NCBI GenBank assembly: GCA_964291215.2
Contig: OZ219791.1
Location: forward strand, 1,472,001-1,536,000
Direction: 5' to 3'
Source: Alphaproteobacteria bacterium
Lineage (GTDB): Bacteria; Pseudomonadota; Alphaproteobacteria; MPNO01; UBA830
DNA length: 64,000 bases
Made by a program: the position numbers and the translations under genes. The notes beneath the pieces were generated by a model. That model was not told the DNA's origin, ran no database searches, and saw nothing but the letters and a program-made list of their open reading frames with translations. This document shows, in pieces, positions 43,003 to 53,666 of this stretch. The first letter of the stretch is position 1; each line of letters opens with the position of its first letter.

Positions 43003-44529
43003 GTGTGCCAGGCAAACTGGTGGAATGTGGCCGGGTGCAAGTCCCGAGAGAGGCTAATTTCTCCGTGAACCATGCGTCGTGAGGCGAAGCGTTGGGGAGC
43101 GGCAGGCCAGGCTATTGAGCCACGAGATGCTTTGAAACCGGAGTGCCGAGGTCGTGGCCGAAGGCAACGAGCCGCGTTGGTGAGGGGGGCTCCGCGGGGT
43201 CCGAGAACCATGGCCGAAGCAGGGACCTGGGGGGTCTTGCCCCTCTGTCGTGGAGGGGCCGCAGAGGAAATTCCGTAAGCCGATGATGAACGAGAAGTCA
43301 GATTCGGCCATAGTACCGCTGAAGGCGGCGAACAAGGGCTCTCCGGAGCCTGCGGAGTTGCTGGAGGGAAGGGCAATGCGGTTGGCCCGCGCCGCGCGCA
43401 GAAGCGGGGGTCACAGGCGGCTGAACGCAGGTAGCGAAGAGGAACCCGGAAGAGCGTCTTTACTCCACCACGTGACGGTCGACGTTCTGCACGATGCGTT
43501 CCATTCCTTGAGGAAGGACGCGGCGGCGGGGCGTTGTGTGGCAAGCGTACGCGGAGGGTGTGGAACTGCTGCACGCCCGTGTGCACAGGGGTGCGTACCG
43601 GGCGCCTCCAGGGTTTACATACCCAAGGAGGATGGAGGGCAACGACCGCTTGCCTCGGACAAGATTCTTCAGCGGGCGGTGTGATTCTGGTGCCGCGAGA
43701 CGGAGTTCCTCGGGTTTAGTTACGGCTTCCGGCCGGGGCGCATCATGCGCCGTCACGGTGGAACGGCGGAAGGTCAACTGGATCGTTGACGCCCCTTCGA
43801 CAACCGCGACCATCTGGTCGCGATGCTCGGGAAACGGATCGGGGGGTCTGATCATCAAGTGACGCCGGCGTCATGGAAGGGACCGACCGGCAAGGGAACA
43901 CCGCAAGGGGCGGCGCCTTGCGAACCTGCACTACGTACGACTGGTTCCAGAACCACTGGCGCAAGCGGATGGCTGGAGGCGACACGATCACTGTCCGCTA
44001 TGCGGACGACTTCGTGTGCGGCTTTCAGCATCTGGGCGACGCGCGGCGCTGAGACCTTGGGGAGAGACTGGCCCACTTGAACTGCACCCGGAAAATCATC
44101 GAGTTCGGTCGGTTTGCCAGAGCGAACCGCCGGAAGCGTGGGCAAGACGTTCGACTTCCTCGGCATGACGCACTTCTGCGAACAGACGAGGAAAGGCAGG
44201 TTCAGGGTCGGTCGCAAACGGGCACCCTGCGGCGGATCAAGGAGGCCTTGCGCAGGCGGTGGCACGATAACCGGCACGAAACGGCCAAGTGGTGAGTTAT
44301 CAACGGCTGCTACTACGCCGTTCCAGGAAGCAGCCTGCAGAAGTTCATACACCAATGCAAACAGCTGCGTGCCCTTCGGCGACGCTCCCAAAAGGACTTC
44401 ACCGGGGACATAGACACCCTCACCGCTGCCCACTGAGCCCGTGGCCAAACCAGCGCCTTGTCGTCAGGGGAGGAGCGAACAGCGCACGTCCGGTTCTGTG
44501 CGGGGGGTAACCCGGTTCCCTACCGCGAT
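43003..44529 (+). mobile_element. Group II intron copy 1 (degenerate RT/maturase)
   Basis: 5' GTGTG, 3' CCCTACCGCGAT; EKSDSAIVP, VYIPKEDG.QRPL, FSYGFRPG, GTPQG, VRYADDFV, TFDFLGMTH fragments; domain V remnant GCACGTCCGGTTC. Confidence 0.92.
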
Positions 44530-45963
44530 GTGTGCCAGGCAAACTGGTGGAATGTGGCCGGGTGCAAGTCCCGAGAGAGGCTAATTTCTCCGTGAACCAT
44601 GCGTCGTGAGGCGAAGCGTTGGGGAGCGACAGGCTAGGCTATTGAGCCACGAGATGCTTTGAAACCGGAGTGCCGAGGTCGTGGCCGAAGGCAACGAGCC
44701 GCGTTGGTGAGGGGGGCTCCGCGGGGTCCGAGAACCATGGCCGAAGCAGGGACCTGGGAGGTCTTGCCCCTCTGTCGTGGAGGGGCCGCAGAGGAAATTC
44801 CGTAAGCCGATGATGAACGAGAAGTCAGATTCGGCCATAGTACCGCTGAAGGCGGCGAACAAGGGCTCTGCGGAGTTGCTGGAGGGAAGGGCAATGCGGT
44901 TGGCCCGCGCCGCGCGCAGAAGCGGGGGTCACAGGCGGCAGGTAGCGAAGAGGAACCCGGAAGAGCGTCTTTACTCCACCACGTGATGTTCTGCGTTCCA
45001 TTCCTTGAGGAAGGATGCGGCGGCGGGGCGTTGTGTGGCAAACGTACGGGGTGGAACTGCCTGCACGCCCGTGTGCACAGGGGCGGGCGCCTCCAGGGTC
45101 TACATTCCCAAGGAGGGGCAACTTGCCTCGGACAAGATTCTTCAGCGGGCGGTGTGATTCTGGTGCCGCGAAACGGAGTTCCTCGGTTCCGGCCGGGGCG
45201 CATCATGCGCCGTCACGGTGGAACGGCGGAAGGTCAACTGGATCGTTGACGCCCCTTCGACAACCGCGACCATCTGGTTGCGATGCTCGGGAAACGGATC
45301 GGGGGGTCTGATCATCAAGTGACGCCGGCGTCATGGAAGGGACCGACTGGCAAGGGAACACCGCAAGGGGCGGCGCCTTGCGAACCTGCACTACGTGCGA
45401 CTGGTTCCAGAACCACTGGCGCAAGCGGGACACGATCATTATGCGGACGACTTCGTGTGCGGCTTTCAGCATCTGGGCGACGCTGGGACCTTGGGGAGAG
45501 ACTGGCCCACTTGAACTGCACCCGGAAAATCATCGAGTTCGGTCGGTTTGCCAGAGCGAACCGCCGGAAGCGTGGACAAGACGTTCGACTTCCTCGGCAT
45601 GACGCACTTCTGCGAACAGACGAGGAAAGGCAGGTTCAGGGTCGGTCGCAAACGGGCACCCTGCGGCGGATCAAGGAGGCCTTGCGCAAGCGGTGGCACG
45701 ATAACCGGCACGAAACGGCCAAGTGGTGAGTTATCAACGGCTGCTACTACGCCGTTCCAGGAAGCAGCCTGCAGAAGTTCATACACCAATGCAAACAGCT
45801 GCGTGCCCTTCGGCGACGCTCCCAAAAGGACTTCACCGGGGACACAGACACCCTCACCGCTGCCCACTGAGCCCGTGGCCAAACCAGCGCCTTGTCGTCA
45901 GGGGAGGAGCGAACAGCGCACGTCCGGTTCTGTGCGGGGGGTAACCCGGTTCCCTACCGCGAT
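44530..45963 (+). mobile_element. Group II intron copy 2 (degenerate RT/maturase)
   Basis: Direct repeat of copy 1 starting on the next base; 93 bp shorter. Confidence 0.92.
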
Positions 45964-46943
45964 GGTTGTCTATGAAGCGCAGGTTTTCGTGTTTCACGAG
46001 ACGTTCGTGCAGGTTGTGCGCGTCGGACTTGCGTCCACGTTTTCCTTTCGGCGGCGGCGGGATGTCGGGCAGTTCCTTGGCGCCCTGATGGTGCGGTAGC
46101 GCTTGTGCACGGCCCGGCGTCGTTCAGGGTCTTGGATGCGCTCTTGTTGACCTTGTGGCAGGGAGCAGGCTCTTCATCAGTCGCGCGGTAGCCTCGACGA
46201 CGAAGGTCAGTTCGCGCAGCAGGTGGCTGCCGCTGGTGGCTACACTGCCATGTACGAGGCCCAGGACGCCCTTGTAGCACGGGCCGATCTCTTGCTTGCG
46301 GTGCGGGAACTTGCACGTCCCGACGACATGAAGCCACTTGCTGTTGATCCGAAATCGTCGACATCGGGCGTTGCAGGAGGTGCGCCACGGCAGCCTCCTC
46401 CCATGACGCATCGTGAAAGCATAGCCGAGGCTTCGGAGAGCTTGATGCCGGAGATCGCCTGCACGAGCGCGACAGCACGGCGCAGGGACAGCATCTGGGC
46501 GACCAGCAGGTTGATGACGAGGGCCTAGATGCCGATGCCGTACTGCACGGGATGTTGTCGGGGAACCGGCCCTTGCACTTCGGGCATTCCTTGATCTCGA
46601 CGCGGCGCTCGACGACCTCGAACACGATGTCGTGCGGCGCTCCCGATCGACGGGGCCGTCGATGTCGGCGCCGCAGGCGTCGCAGGCCGCGACCGTCTCC
46701 TCGACGATGGCAGGTTGTCGCCCATCTGCTGGTTCGGCTTTGGGCCCTTGCTCCCGGCACGCTCTCGTCCGTCTGTGACGGCGGCAGACCGGAGTTCCGG
46801 CTCGTGCGTGGTCTTCTCCAGAAGGACGACGATGATGATGTCGAGCAGGATGACGAGGACGCGGATGACGGCCTCTTTCGGCACCTTGCCGGCAGCGCCG
46901 CGGTCTTGGCCGCTTCGAACTCCTCGCGCGCCGCCCGTCGCCA

Positions 46944-47072
46944 TCACCCGGCCTTGCGCTTCATCAGCGCGCCGCTTCCGAGATGCGTTTTCACATACAG
47001 ATCATGCGGGGGCCGGAGCCCCGGAAGCAGCTGGCACAGCCCGCTCGTCGCCTTCGATCCAAAGTAGCCCAC
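46944..47072 (-). pseudogene. DNA adenine methyltransferase N-terminal fragment inside IS66
   Basis: GYFGSKATSGLCQ...PPHDLYVKTHLGSGALMKRK resembles Dam-family motifs X and I. Confidence 0.6.
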
Positions 47073-47938
47073 TGGCGGTCCCCGTCGTTCTCGATGACCA
47101 CCACTAAACGAATCGGCCTGCAGTGTCAAATCTCCACGAAAACCCGTTCGTTACTCTACCCCGACATCAAGCCGGAACCAGGGGGTGAGCAGTTACGTGC
47201 CGAGAAGGCCCCATCGAGCCTTGGCGACACGATTGCAGCGCGACGCAAACTGAGAAAATCTCACTAGTCGTCGCCGGATTAGAAGCGTGGGATCGCCGTG
47301 GGTCAAGATTTTCCCCGGCATGCCGGTGCACTTCCCCGAGCTGCGCGGCCACGTGATCGGCGCCATCGCCGTAGAGCCTGACGACAACAGCGACGGCGAC
47401 TATGAGATCGCCGACTTCTCCAACCGTTGCGGTATCGCGGCCCGGTGGTGCATCGTGCCGCCCGGGGATGCCGGTCATGGCGGCCTATTTCGGCCCTCCC
47501 TGCGGCTCCAACCCCAATTGCCGCACTGTTTCCGGCAGCGCCCCCGGTACATGAGGCGTTGCCGCCTATGTCAGGAATACCTCCGCTGCCGCGCCGTTCG
47601 TGACCGGTGGGCTCATCGTGATGAAGCATGTCTTCCGCGGCCAGATGACCAATACGGAACTGGTCTCCCGGCTGATGGCGACGGCCAACAAGCAGGGCAT
47701 CTACGCCGACAGCAGAATCTACGGCGAGGGACTGATGGACTTGGGCGCTGCGACGGCGCCGTTCTGGTTCTCCCTGGGCGGCTTCGCCGCCGAAGGGGCC
47801 GGCCCCGGCCTCGCTGCACGCCTTCATGGCGCCGCAACGGACCGGCCGGGCGACCGGCTCCTGCATCCTGCGATGCACCGAACGAGCCATCCTGCCCGGC
47901 TGCCGACCTCGGAATGAATGGACGCAAGCAGCTCCGCC

Positions 47939-49063
47939 TCAATAACGCTCGACGATATGTAGCCCGCGGAGCCGGTCGATGACATAGATCAGCCCGCGAT
48001 CGTCGATCGTAACGTCATTGCTGCACAGGCGATCGCAGCCCGGCTGCGGATCGGGTTCGAAATGCCCGACCTCGATCGGCGCATGGGGATCGGCAATGTC
48101 GACTAGCCTCAAGCCTTTCGCGAACCAGGCAAAGGGGATGACCGTGTCGGTCACAATCTCGCAAGGTTGATGACAACCGGTGTAGGGAGGCTGCGGGCTG
48201 CCATCCGGGTCGAGACCAGCAACCTGGAAGCTGGAAACCGGAATCGGGTTGGTCTCGTCGGTGATGTCGACAACCCAAGCGAATGACGGCGCGTGAGGGC
48301 GCAGCTTGGCGACATCTTCGTCGGCAACAACAAGGACGCGATGCCCCCGGATCTCGAACGGAATCGGCAGCGCGGTATGGGTCGGATGCGGGAATGTCGG
48401 ACCGGAGTTGAGGCCCGAAATCATGCGCGGATTGGCAAGATCCTCGATGTCGAGGATGAAGAATCCGTGATGCCAGTAGCTCACATAGAGCCGATCCCCC
48501 ATCCGCAACGGATGATGGCATCGCGGCTCGGGACCGTCATCCCACACATATTCCTCACCGCCGGCTTCCCACTGTCCGAGAATCCACCATCTGCAGACTT
48601 CCTCGGGTTTCTCGGGATTGTCGAGATCGAGCACCAGCATGATCGGGCCCCGGTACCCCTCGACAGTCGAAGAGAAATACATGTACCGGCCATCGAAATC
48701 AAAGCGGTGGACGCCACGGCCGACGGTGTCCCAGGTCGCGACAAGCTCCGGTTTCTCCCTGTCCGACACGTCATAGATTCCGACACCCGTGGCAAAGTCG
48801 TCGGGTTTGCCGGGGCCGATGAGTTCATGGTTCCGCACCATGACATCGCCGCGAGCATGAACCTTGTGGGAATGGGTTCCGGGCGGCATCCCGACATGGG
48901 ACAGTAGCCGGGGGCTTTTCGGATCCGAGACGTCGACGATGCTGGTGCCGAACGGATTGGCCATGTGCCCGATATAGGCGGTGGTTCCGTCGACCCGAAT
49001 CTGACCCCCGCCCGCGCAGTCGAAATAGCCGACCTCGCGCAAACCTTCGCTGCTTGCCATCAC
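47939..49063 (-). CDS. LVIVD repeat-containing protein
   Basis: Repeated IVDVSDP, IYDVSD, ILDIED, VVDITD, LVDIADP units with conserved-looking His residues. Confidence 0.82.
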   Translation of the reverse strand: MMASSEGLREVGYFDCAGGGQIRVDGTTAYIGHMANPFGTSIVDVSDPKSPRLLSHVGMPPGTHSHKVHARGDVMVRNHELIGPGKPDDFATGVGIYDVSDREKPELVATWDTVGRGVHRFDFDGRYMYFSSTVEGYRGPIMLVLDLDNPEKPEEVCRWWILGQWEAGGEEYVWDDGPEPRCHHPLRMGDRLYVSYWHHGFFILDIEDLANPRMISGLNSGPTFPHPTHTALPIPFEIRGHRVLVVADEDVAKLRPHAPSFAWVVDITDETNPIPVSSFQVAGLDPDGSPQPPYTGCHQPCEIVTDTVIPFAWFAKGLRLVDIADPHAPIEVGHFEPDPQPGCDRLCSNDVTIDDRGLIYVIDRLRGLHIVERY

Positions 49064-49252
49064 GAACCCTCCCGACCACGCTGGGCGGCATCCAGCCGAA
49101 AACCGCCGAATGTCGTTGCCCGAAGGGTAGCGTAGTCACTGCGGGATTGCGACAGACCGCACCCACCCGTGCGCGAATACCCGGACCGGCTATCGCTGGC
49201 CTGACCATCCTGCGATGATGCGTTCCAGTACCTTGCCGCGGAGGATCGGACA

Positions 49253-50095
49253 TTGCCCGAAACGCAACCCTTTCCGGAAATCCCTTTCGCGGAAGCGACC
49301 GGAGATATCAGGCTGATCTACGACGCGATCTCGGAATCGCTGGGTGTCGGACTCGTCAATCTAGTCTATCGGCATCTCGCCACGAAGCAGGGTTGTCTCG
49401 AATGGACCTGGTCGCTTCTCGGCCCGAGCCTGCAGGACGGTACTCTCGCCCGGTGCGGCGAGCGCCTCGTCGCCTTGGTCGGAGAAAATGCCGGTGCCGC
49501 GCACGCCGGTCCGGCAATTTCGCTGGCGAACTTCGGACTCGACGACAGAGACGCCGCAAGCGTCCTGTGCACCATCGACGCCTACAACCGCGCCAATCCG
49601 GTAAACGCCGTCGCATTCCAGTTGCTTCACATGGCCGTCAAGGGCGATGTCGCTGCTCCCCGATACGTAGCGCCACCCCGGGGGCGGGCGAACCTCGATG
49701 CGCTGCTTCCGATGGCGGCGTTCGACGGGCTCCCGGCCGCAACGCATGACCTTCTGCACCGGCTCGCTGCGCAGACGGTGGGAACGGATGCGCCAATGAT
49801 TCCGTCGCTGTTTCGCCATTTCACGGACTGGCCGAACCTCCTGAAGGCATTTTCGGAGATTCTCCGGGCCCTCGGCGACAGTGCGGAACGAGAGGCGCTG
49901 GTCGCACGAGTGATGGCAGCAGCAAAGGAACAGGCCGGCGCGGTCCTCCACGACCTGCCGGATCCCGGCGATGGCGCGGTACGCCTTGCACCGCCGCTGC
50001 GGACGGCGGTTGCGGAGACCGCGACGAACTTCGTTCCGGCCATCTGCAACATGATCGTGATCGGAGCGATGCTCCGGCCAAATCTGGAGCGGTGA
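49253..50095 (+). CDS. Hypothetical protein, DehI/AhpD-like two-repeat helical fold
   Basis: EATGDIRLIYDAI...VNLVYRHLA...LEWTW and a second IPSLFRHFTDWP unit; SD GGAGG before TTG. Confidence 0.6.
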   Translation: MPETQPFPEIPFAEATGDIRLIYDAISESLGVGLVNLVYRHLATKQGCLEWTWSLLGPSLQDGTLARCGERLVALVGENAGAAHAGPAISLANFGLDDRDAASVLCTIDAYNRANPVNAVAFQLLHMAVKGDVAAPRYVAPPRGRANLDALLPMAAFDGLPAATHDLLHRLAAQTVGTDAPMIPSLFRHFTDWPNLLKAFSEILRALGDSAEREALVARVMAAAKEQAGAVLHDLPDPGDGAVRLAPPLRTAVAETATNFVPAICNMIVIGAMLRPNLER

Positions 50096-50221
50096 GAATA
50101 TGAAGCCCGACGGACCGTTCCAAGGCGAAGCCCGCTCGAACGCGCCGGGCGATCACGGTGCCGGTGCTGGAAGCGCAGGTAGATGTCAGCCATTCAGGAA
50201 GAAAGCAACGGTGGAATCCTG

Positions 50222-51137
50222 TCACGCCGCTTCGATATCGGTGAGGGCGAAGTCGTTGCCCTTGAACAGCAACGGTTCGCCTGTTGTGTACGCAAGCGCG
50301 TAGGCGAAACAGTCTCCGAAATTCAGTGCCGCAGGATGATTGCCCTTGCCGAAGCGCCGTCAGGTGCGCCGGGCCGCCTCGATATGTGCGACTGCAAGGG
50401 TGCAGTTCTCGTATGGCGCATCCAAGTCATTGATTTAACACGGTTGTGCGGTCGAGAGGCAGCGGCGAAAACGGGTTTTCGTGACAATCGCCCGTTTCAG
50501 GACAGGATTTTGTCACGACCCCCGCGGCATCGACAGGGTGATCCGGGCGCTGCGCCACCTTCGCGACACTGCGGCGCCAACGGGCCGACATCGACAGGGA
50601 ACTGTCCTTACTTCCGCAAGCATCGCCACCGCTACCACGCGCTGAAGCAACCGGCTCGGGAATTGTCGAGGCGGCAAACAAGACCCTCGTCACACAGCGC
50701 ATGAAACGCTCCGGCATGCGCTGGCGTATCGTCGGCGGACAATCACCTTCCGCGCCCTGCTCGAAGCCGGCCGCTTCGAGAGCGCGTGGACGGCCATGAT
50801 CGGTGCAGACGGCGCACCAGCCAACGACAACATCAGCCCAAATCACACCCCGGCACTGGCCGCATGAGATGAACAAATGGTACTGAGCCTGCAACTGTGC
50901 CATACGAAACTCTCACCCGACCGTAACCGGCATCGACTCGATCTCAGCCGCTGCCAGAAGCGCGTCGAGCTCGTGCCCAGCCGCCGCCCCGCCTCGGCTT
51001 TCCACGACGATGAACGCTTCCAAGACACTGGCAATCGACATGCGACAGGGTGTTGTCGCCATGATGGCTCCGGCATAGCGTTTCGCGTCCGCCTCGCTGA
51101 ACAGAATCGCCAGCACTGCCGAGGTGTCGACGATCGC
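50222..51137 (-). pseudogene. vapC: VapC (PIN) toxin, disrupted
   Basis: IVDTSAVLAIL...VT|[33 protein letters not shown]...LLFKGNDF; start codon lost, internal stop, MITE insertion. Confidence 0.88.
50398..50918 (+). mobile_element. ISKra4-derived non-autonomous element, copy B
   Basis: Near-identical to 41311-41839; degenerate TSD GACTGCAA / GACCGTAA. Confidence 0.85.
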
Positions 51138-51387
51138 TTCGGCAATCCCCGCTCATCGTAGAGCAGATCACCATGCTCCGCCGCAGCCGGGCCCCGGCAA
51201 CCTGGCGCACCGCCGTCCAATGGTGAGCAGCTCTTCCGTACGCACATCGGTATCACGTCGGCGCTTTTCGCGCTCAAGGCGCTCGCGAAGCGCAACGGTG
51301 ATCGGCGCCGGTCATGGTCTCGTCCGTCAACTGCGCCAGATCACGGGCCAGCATGCAGGTTTCATCATCCTTGATGTTGAGGCCCAT
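51134..51387 (-). pseudogene. vapB: VapB antitoxin, frameshifted
   Basis: MGLNIKDDET..LAR.LA.LT.ETMTGA / ITVALRERLERE / HGDLLYDERGLPK spread over different frames. Confidence 0.8.
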
Positions 51388-51913
51388 CTTCTCAGCCTCC
51401 AAGGTACATGCCAGATGACGAAATCTACCATAGGCAGCGCCCTCGCCGCACGCAAGTCCAGTGGGCGGAGAGCAGCGGCGTTGCTCCGCCCGCCCTTCGG
51501 CGGAGCCCGGCGTGCGCGCCGATTCCTCCAGTTTTCTGACCATCACGGTCGATCGCAGCTTTCAGGCTTCGTTGAACACGCCCGAATTCGGCGTTAACGT
51601 CCTCTTCTCCTGAAGGCCCCGCTCCGCTGGTTGCTCCGGCTCCCAATGGCGCGGGAGTTTCCGATTGCGGTGACGGGCGCCGGGACCTCTCGTCGCGCAA
51701 CGGACGGTGCGCATCTTCCGTTGGCGCACCAGTGTTCCGGAGACCCCGGAACGGCGCGGCATCCGGCTGTCGAAGCGAAGGGATCCTTGCGAATTCAGTT
51801 TTGGGAAGCAGACGGCAGGTATCGGCAGACGCAGGGTCCGAAAGCGCGGCAGTGCGCAGCCTGCAGGCCCGAGAGCCCGCTAATCAAGGCGCGGTGAGGC
51901 GGAGACTGACACA

Positions 51914-53014
51914 ATGACGGGACGTGTGGACTGTGTCGTGATCGGAGCCGGCATTGTCGGGCTCGCGCTTGCGCGAGCCGTCGCGATGGCCGGACGCGAG
52001 GTCATCATCGTCGAACAAGCCGACACGATCGGATCGGAAACGAGCTCGCGGCACAGCGAGGTCATCCATGCCGGCATCTACTACCCCCCCGGCAGCCGCA
52101 AGGCCGAGTTCTGCGTGGCCGGCAAGCATGCGCTATACGAGTTCTGCGAAAGCCATGGTGTTCCCTACAAGCGCTGCGGGAAGATCATCGTGGCCACGAG
52201 CGAAGACCAGCAAGCAGACCTTGAGCGCCTCCACAACAACGCGACAGAATGCGGGGTGCGCGACCTCGAATGGATGACTCCCGAAGATGTCGCCAGGATG
52301 GAGCCCGAGGTCCATTGCGTGCGCGCCCTGTGGTCGCCGTCGACCGGGATCGTCGACAGCCACGCCCTGATGCTGGCCCTGCAGGGCGACGCCGAGGAGG
52401 CCGGCGCAATGCTTGCCCTGCTCACCCCGGCCACCGGCGGACAGGTCATGAATGACGGGATCCGTCTCGACTGCGGCGGCGATGCCGCCATGTCGGTGGT
52501 CGCGGACATCGTGATCAACAGTGCCGGCTTGCATGCCCAGAAGGTGGCGCAATCGATATCTGGGGTGCCGGCCGAAACCATACCGCCGATCCACTATTGC
52601 AAGGGCAACTACTACACGCTGTCGAGTTCCCCGCCGTTTTTGCGGCCGATCTATCCGGTGCCCGAGCGGGCCGGGCTCGGGGTCCATGTCACCGTGGATC
52701 TCGCAGGCCAGGTGCGGTTCGGCCCCGATACGGAATGGATCGACGAAATTGATTACGATGTCGACCCGGTGCGGGCGGACAGCTTCTATGAGGCGGTGCG
52801 AAAATACTATCCCGCGCTCGCCGACGGAGCCATAGCGCCGGGTTACGCGGGTATCCGGCCGAAACTGCAGGCGCCCGGCGAGGGCGCCCGCGATTTCGTC
52901 ATCCAGGGCCCCGACGATCACGGCGTATCGGGACTGATAAACCTATACGGCATCGAATCTCCGGGCATGACCGCGGCGCTGGCGATTGCCGACCATGTTG
53001 CCGGCACCTTCTGA
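51914..53014 (+). CDS. FAD-dependent oxidoreductase, L-2-hydroxyglutarate oxidase family
   Basis: [41 protein letters not shown]. Confidence 0.88.
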   Translation: MTGRVDCVVIGAGIVGLALARAVAMAGREVIIVEQADTIGSETSSRHSEVIHAGIYYPPGSRKAEFCVAGKHALYEFCESHGVPYKRCGKIIVATSEDQQADLERLHNNATECGVRDLEWMTPEDVARMEPEVHCVRALWSPSTGIVDSHALMLALQGDAEEAGAMLALLTPATGGQVMNDGIRLDCGGDAAMSVVADIVINSAGLHAQKVAQSISGVPAETIPPIHYCKGNYYTLSSSPPFLRPIYPVPERAGLGVHVTVDLAGQVRFGPDTEWIDEIDYDVDPVRADSFYEAVRKYYPALADGAIAPGYAGIRPKLQAPGEGARDFVIQGPDDHGVSGLINLYGIESPGMTAALAIADHVAGTF

Positions 53015-53078
53015 CTGGCAGGCCGCTTCGTCCCGTCGGACGGTTTTTTCCGAATGGCCGAAAAAATTCTCTCCTCCA

Positions 53079-53108
53079 CTTGAATTCCCCGTGGTCCGCA
53101 TTAAATAG
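53079..53108 (+). promoter_or_regulatory. Putative RpoH (sigma32) promoter
   Basis: CTTGAA at -35 and CATTAAAT at -10 upstream of a small heat-shock gene. Confidence 0.55.
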
Positions 53109-53110
53109 CG

Positions 53111-53203
53111 GGGTGTCCGGAGCCTGAACGGGCCGGACAGACCCAAGGGTTGGCCATAGTGGCAACCCGATGACATGTTGCTCAAATGGAGGATATGGAA
53201 ATG
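53111..53203 (+). promoter_or_regulatory. ROSE-like RNA thermometer
   Basis: Two upstream hairpins plus a final one in which TTGCT pairs with the AGGA of the SD (TTGCTC-AAATG-GAGGA). Confidence 0.7.
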
Positions 53204-53662
53204 AGACACCTCGATTTCTCGCCCCTTTACCGCACTGCGGTCGGCTTCGACCATCTGACGTCGCTGCTTGACGCGGCCCAGAAGAGCCCCGCATCCGATG
53301 GCTATCCGCCCTACAACATCGAAAAGCTGGGCGGCGACACCTACCAAGTGACCATCGCGGTCGCCGGCTTCGGTGCCGAAGACCTGGACCTTGAGGTCCG
53401 GGACAACCAGCTCGTGGTCAGGGGCAAGGGCGCCAAGAACGACGGCGAGACGCAGACCTACCTGCACCGCGGGATCGCCCGTCGCACCTTCCAGCTCCGT
53501 TTCCAGCTCGCTGACCATGTCGAGGTCAAGAGCGCCGATCTGAAGGACGGCCTCCTCGTCATCGACCTTGAGCGCGAGATTCCGGAAGCGCTGAAGCCGC
53601 GCAAGATTGCAATCGGCAGTTCTTCGAAGGTGATCGACGGGCCCGTGGCGAACGTCGCCTGA
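53201..53662 (+). CDS. ibpA: Hsp20 small heat-shock protein (IbpA-like)
   Basis: DFSPLYR.AVGFD, YPPYNIE, YLHRGIA.R.F, IPEALKPRKIAI. Confidence 0.93.
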   Translation: MRHLDFSPLYRTAVGFDHLTSLLDAAQKSPASDGYPPYNIEKLGGDTYQVTIAVAGFGAEDLDLEVRDNQLVVRGKGAKNDGETQTYLHRGIARRTFQLRFQLADHVEVKSADLKDGLLVIDLEREIPEALKPRKIAIGSSSKVIDGPVANVA

Positions 53663-53666
53663 CACC

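Larger units (their letters stand above)
42770..47196 (-). mobile_element. IS66 family element (degraded) containing two group II introns
   Basis: Ends GTATCTACTCACCCC / GGGGTGAGCAGTTAC; exact 8-bp TSD GTGCCGAG; fragments VEIKECPKC, QYGIG, SHLLRELTF, FTNNAGEQKIRMAK.KVSGCFRS. Confidence 0.9.
42335..47300. mobile_element. ISAs1-type MITE, copy 4, expanded by two insertions
   Basis: Exact 9-bp TSD GGTCAAGAT at 42326-42334 and 47301-47309; removing the inserts restores the ~190-bp unit. Confidence 0.88.
42155..47780 (+). pseudogene. S8 (subtilisin-like) serine peptidase remnant, split by nested insertions
   Basis: KTVFVFSA.NAH and VNVRSVK|IFPG joined across the TSD, then EIADFSNRCGIAARWC, AAPFVTGGL, LVSRLMATANK.GIYAD..IYG.GLMDLGAAT.P. 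Confidence 0.78.

Noticed and set aside
43003-45963. RT repeat as a DGR, retron or CRISPR-associated RT
   Set aside because: It has group II intron termini and domain V/VI remnants; copy differences are not adenine-specific; no cas1 or msr/msd is seen.
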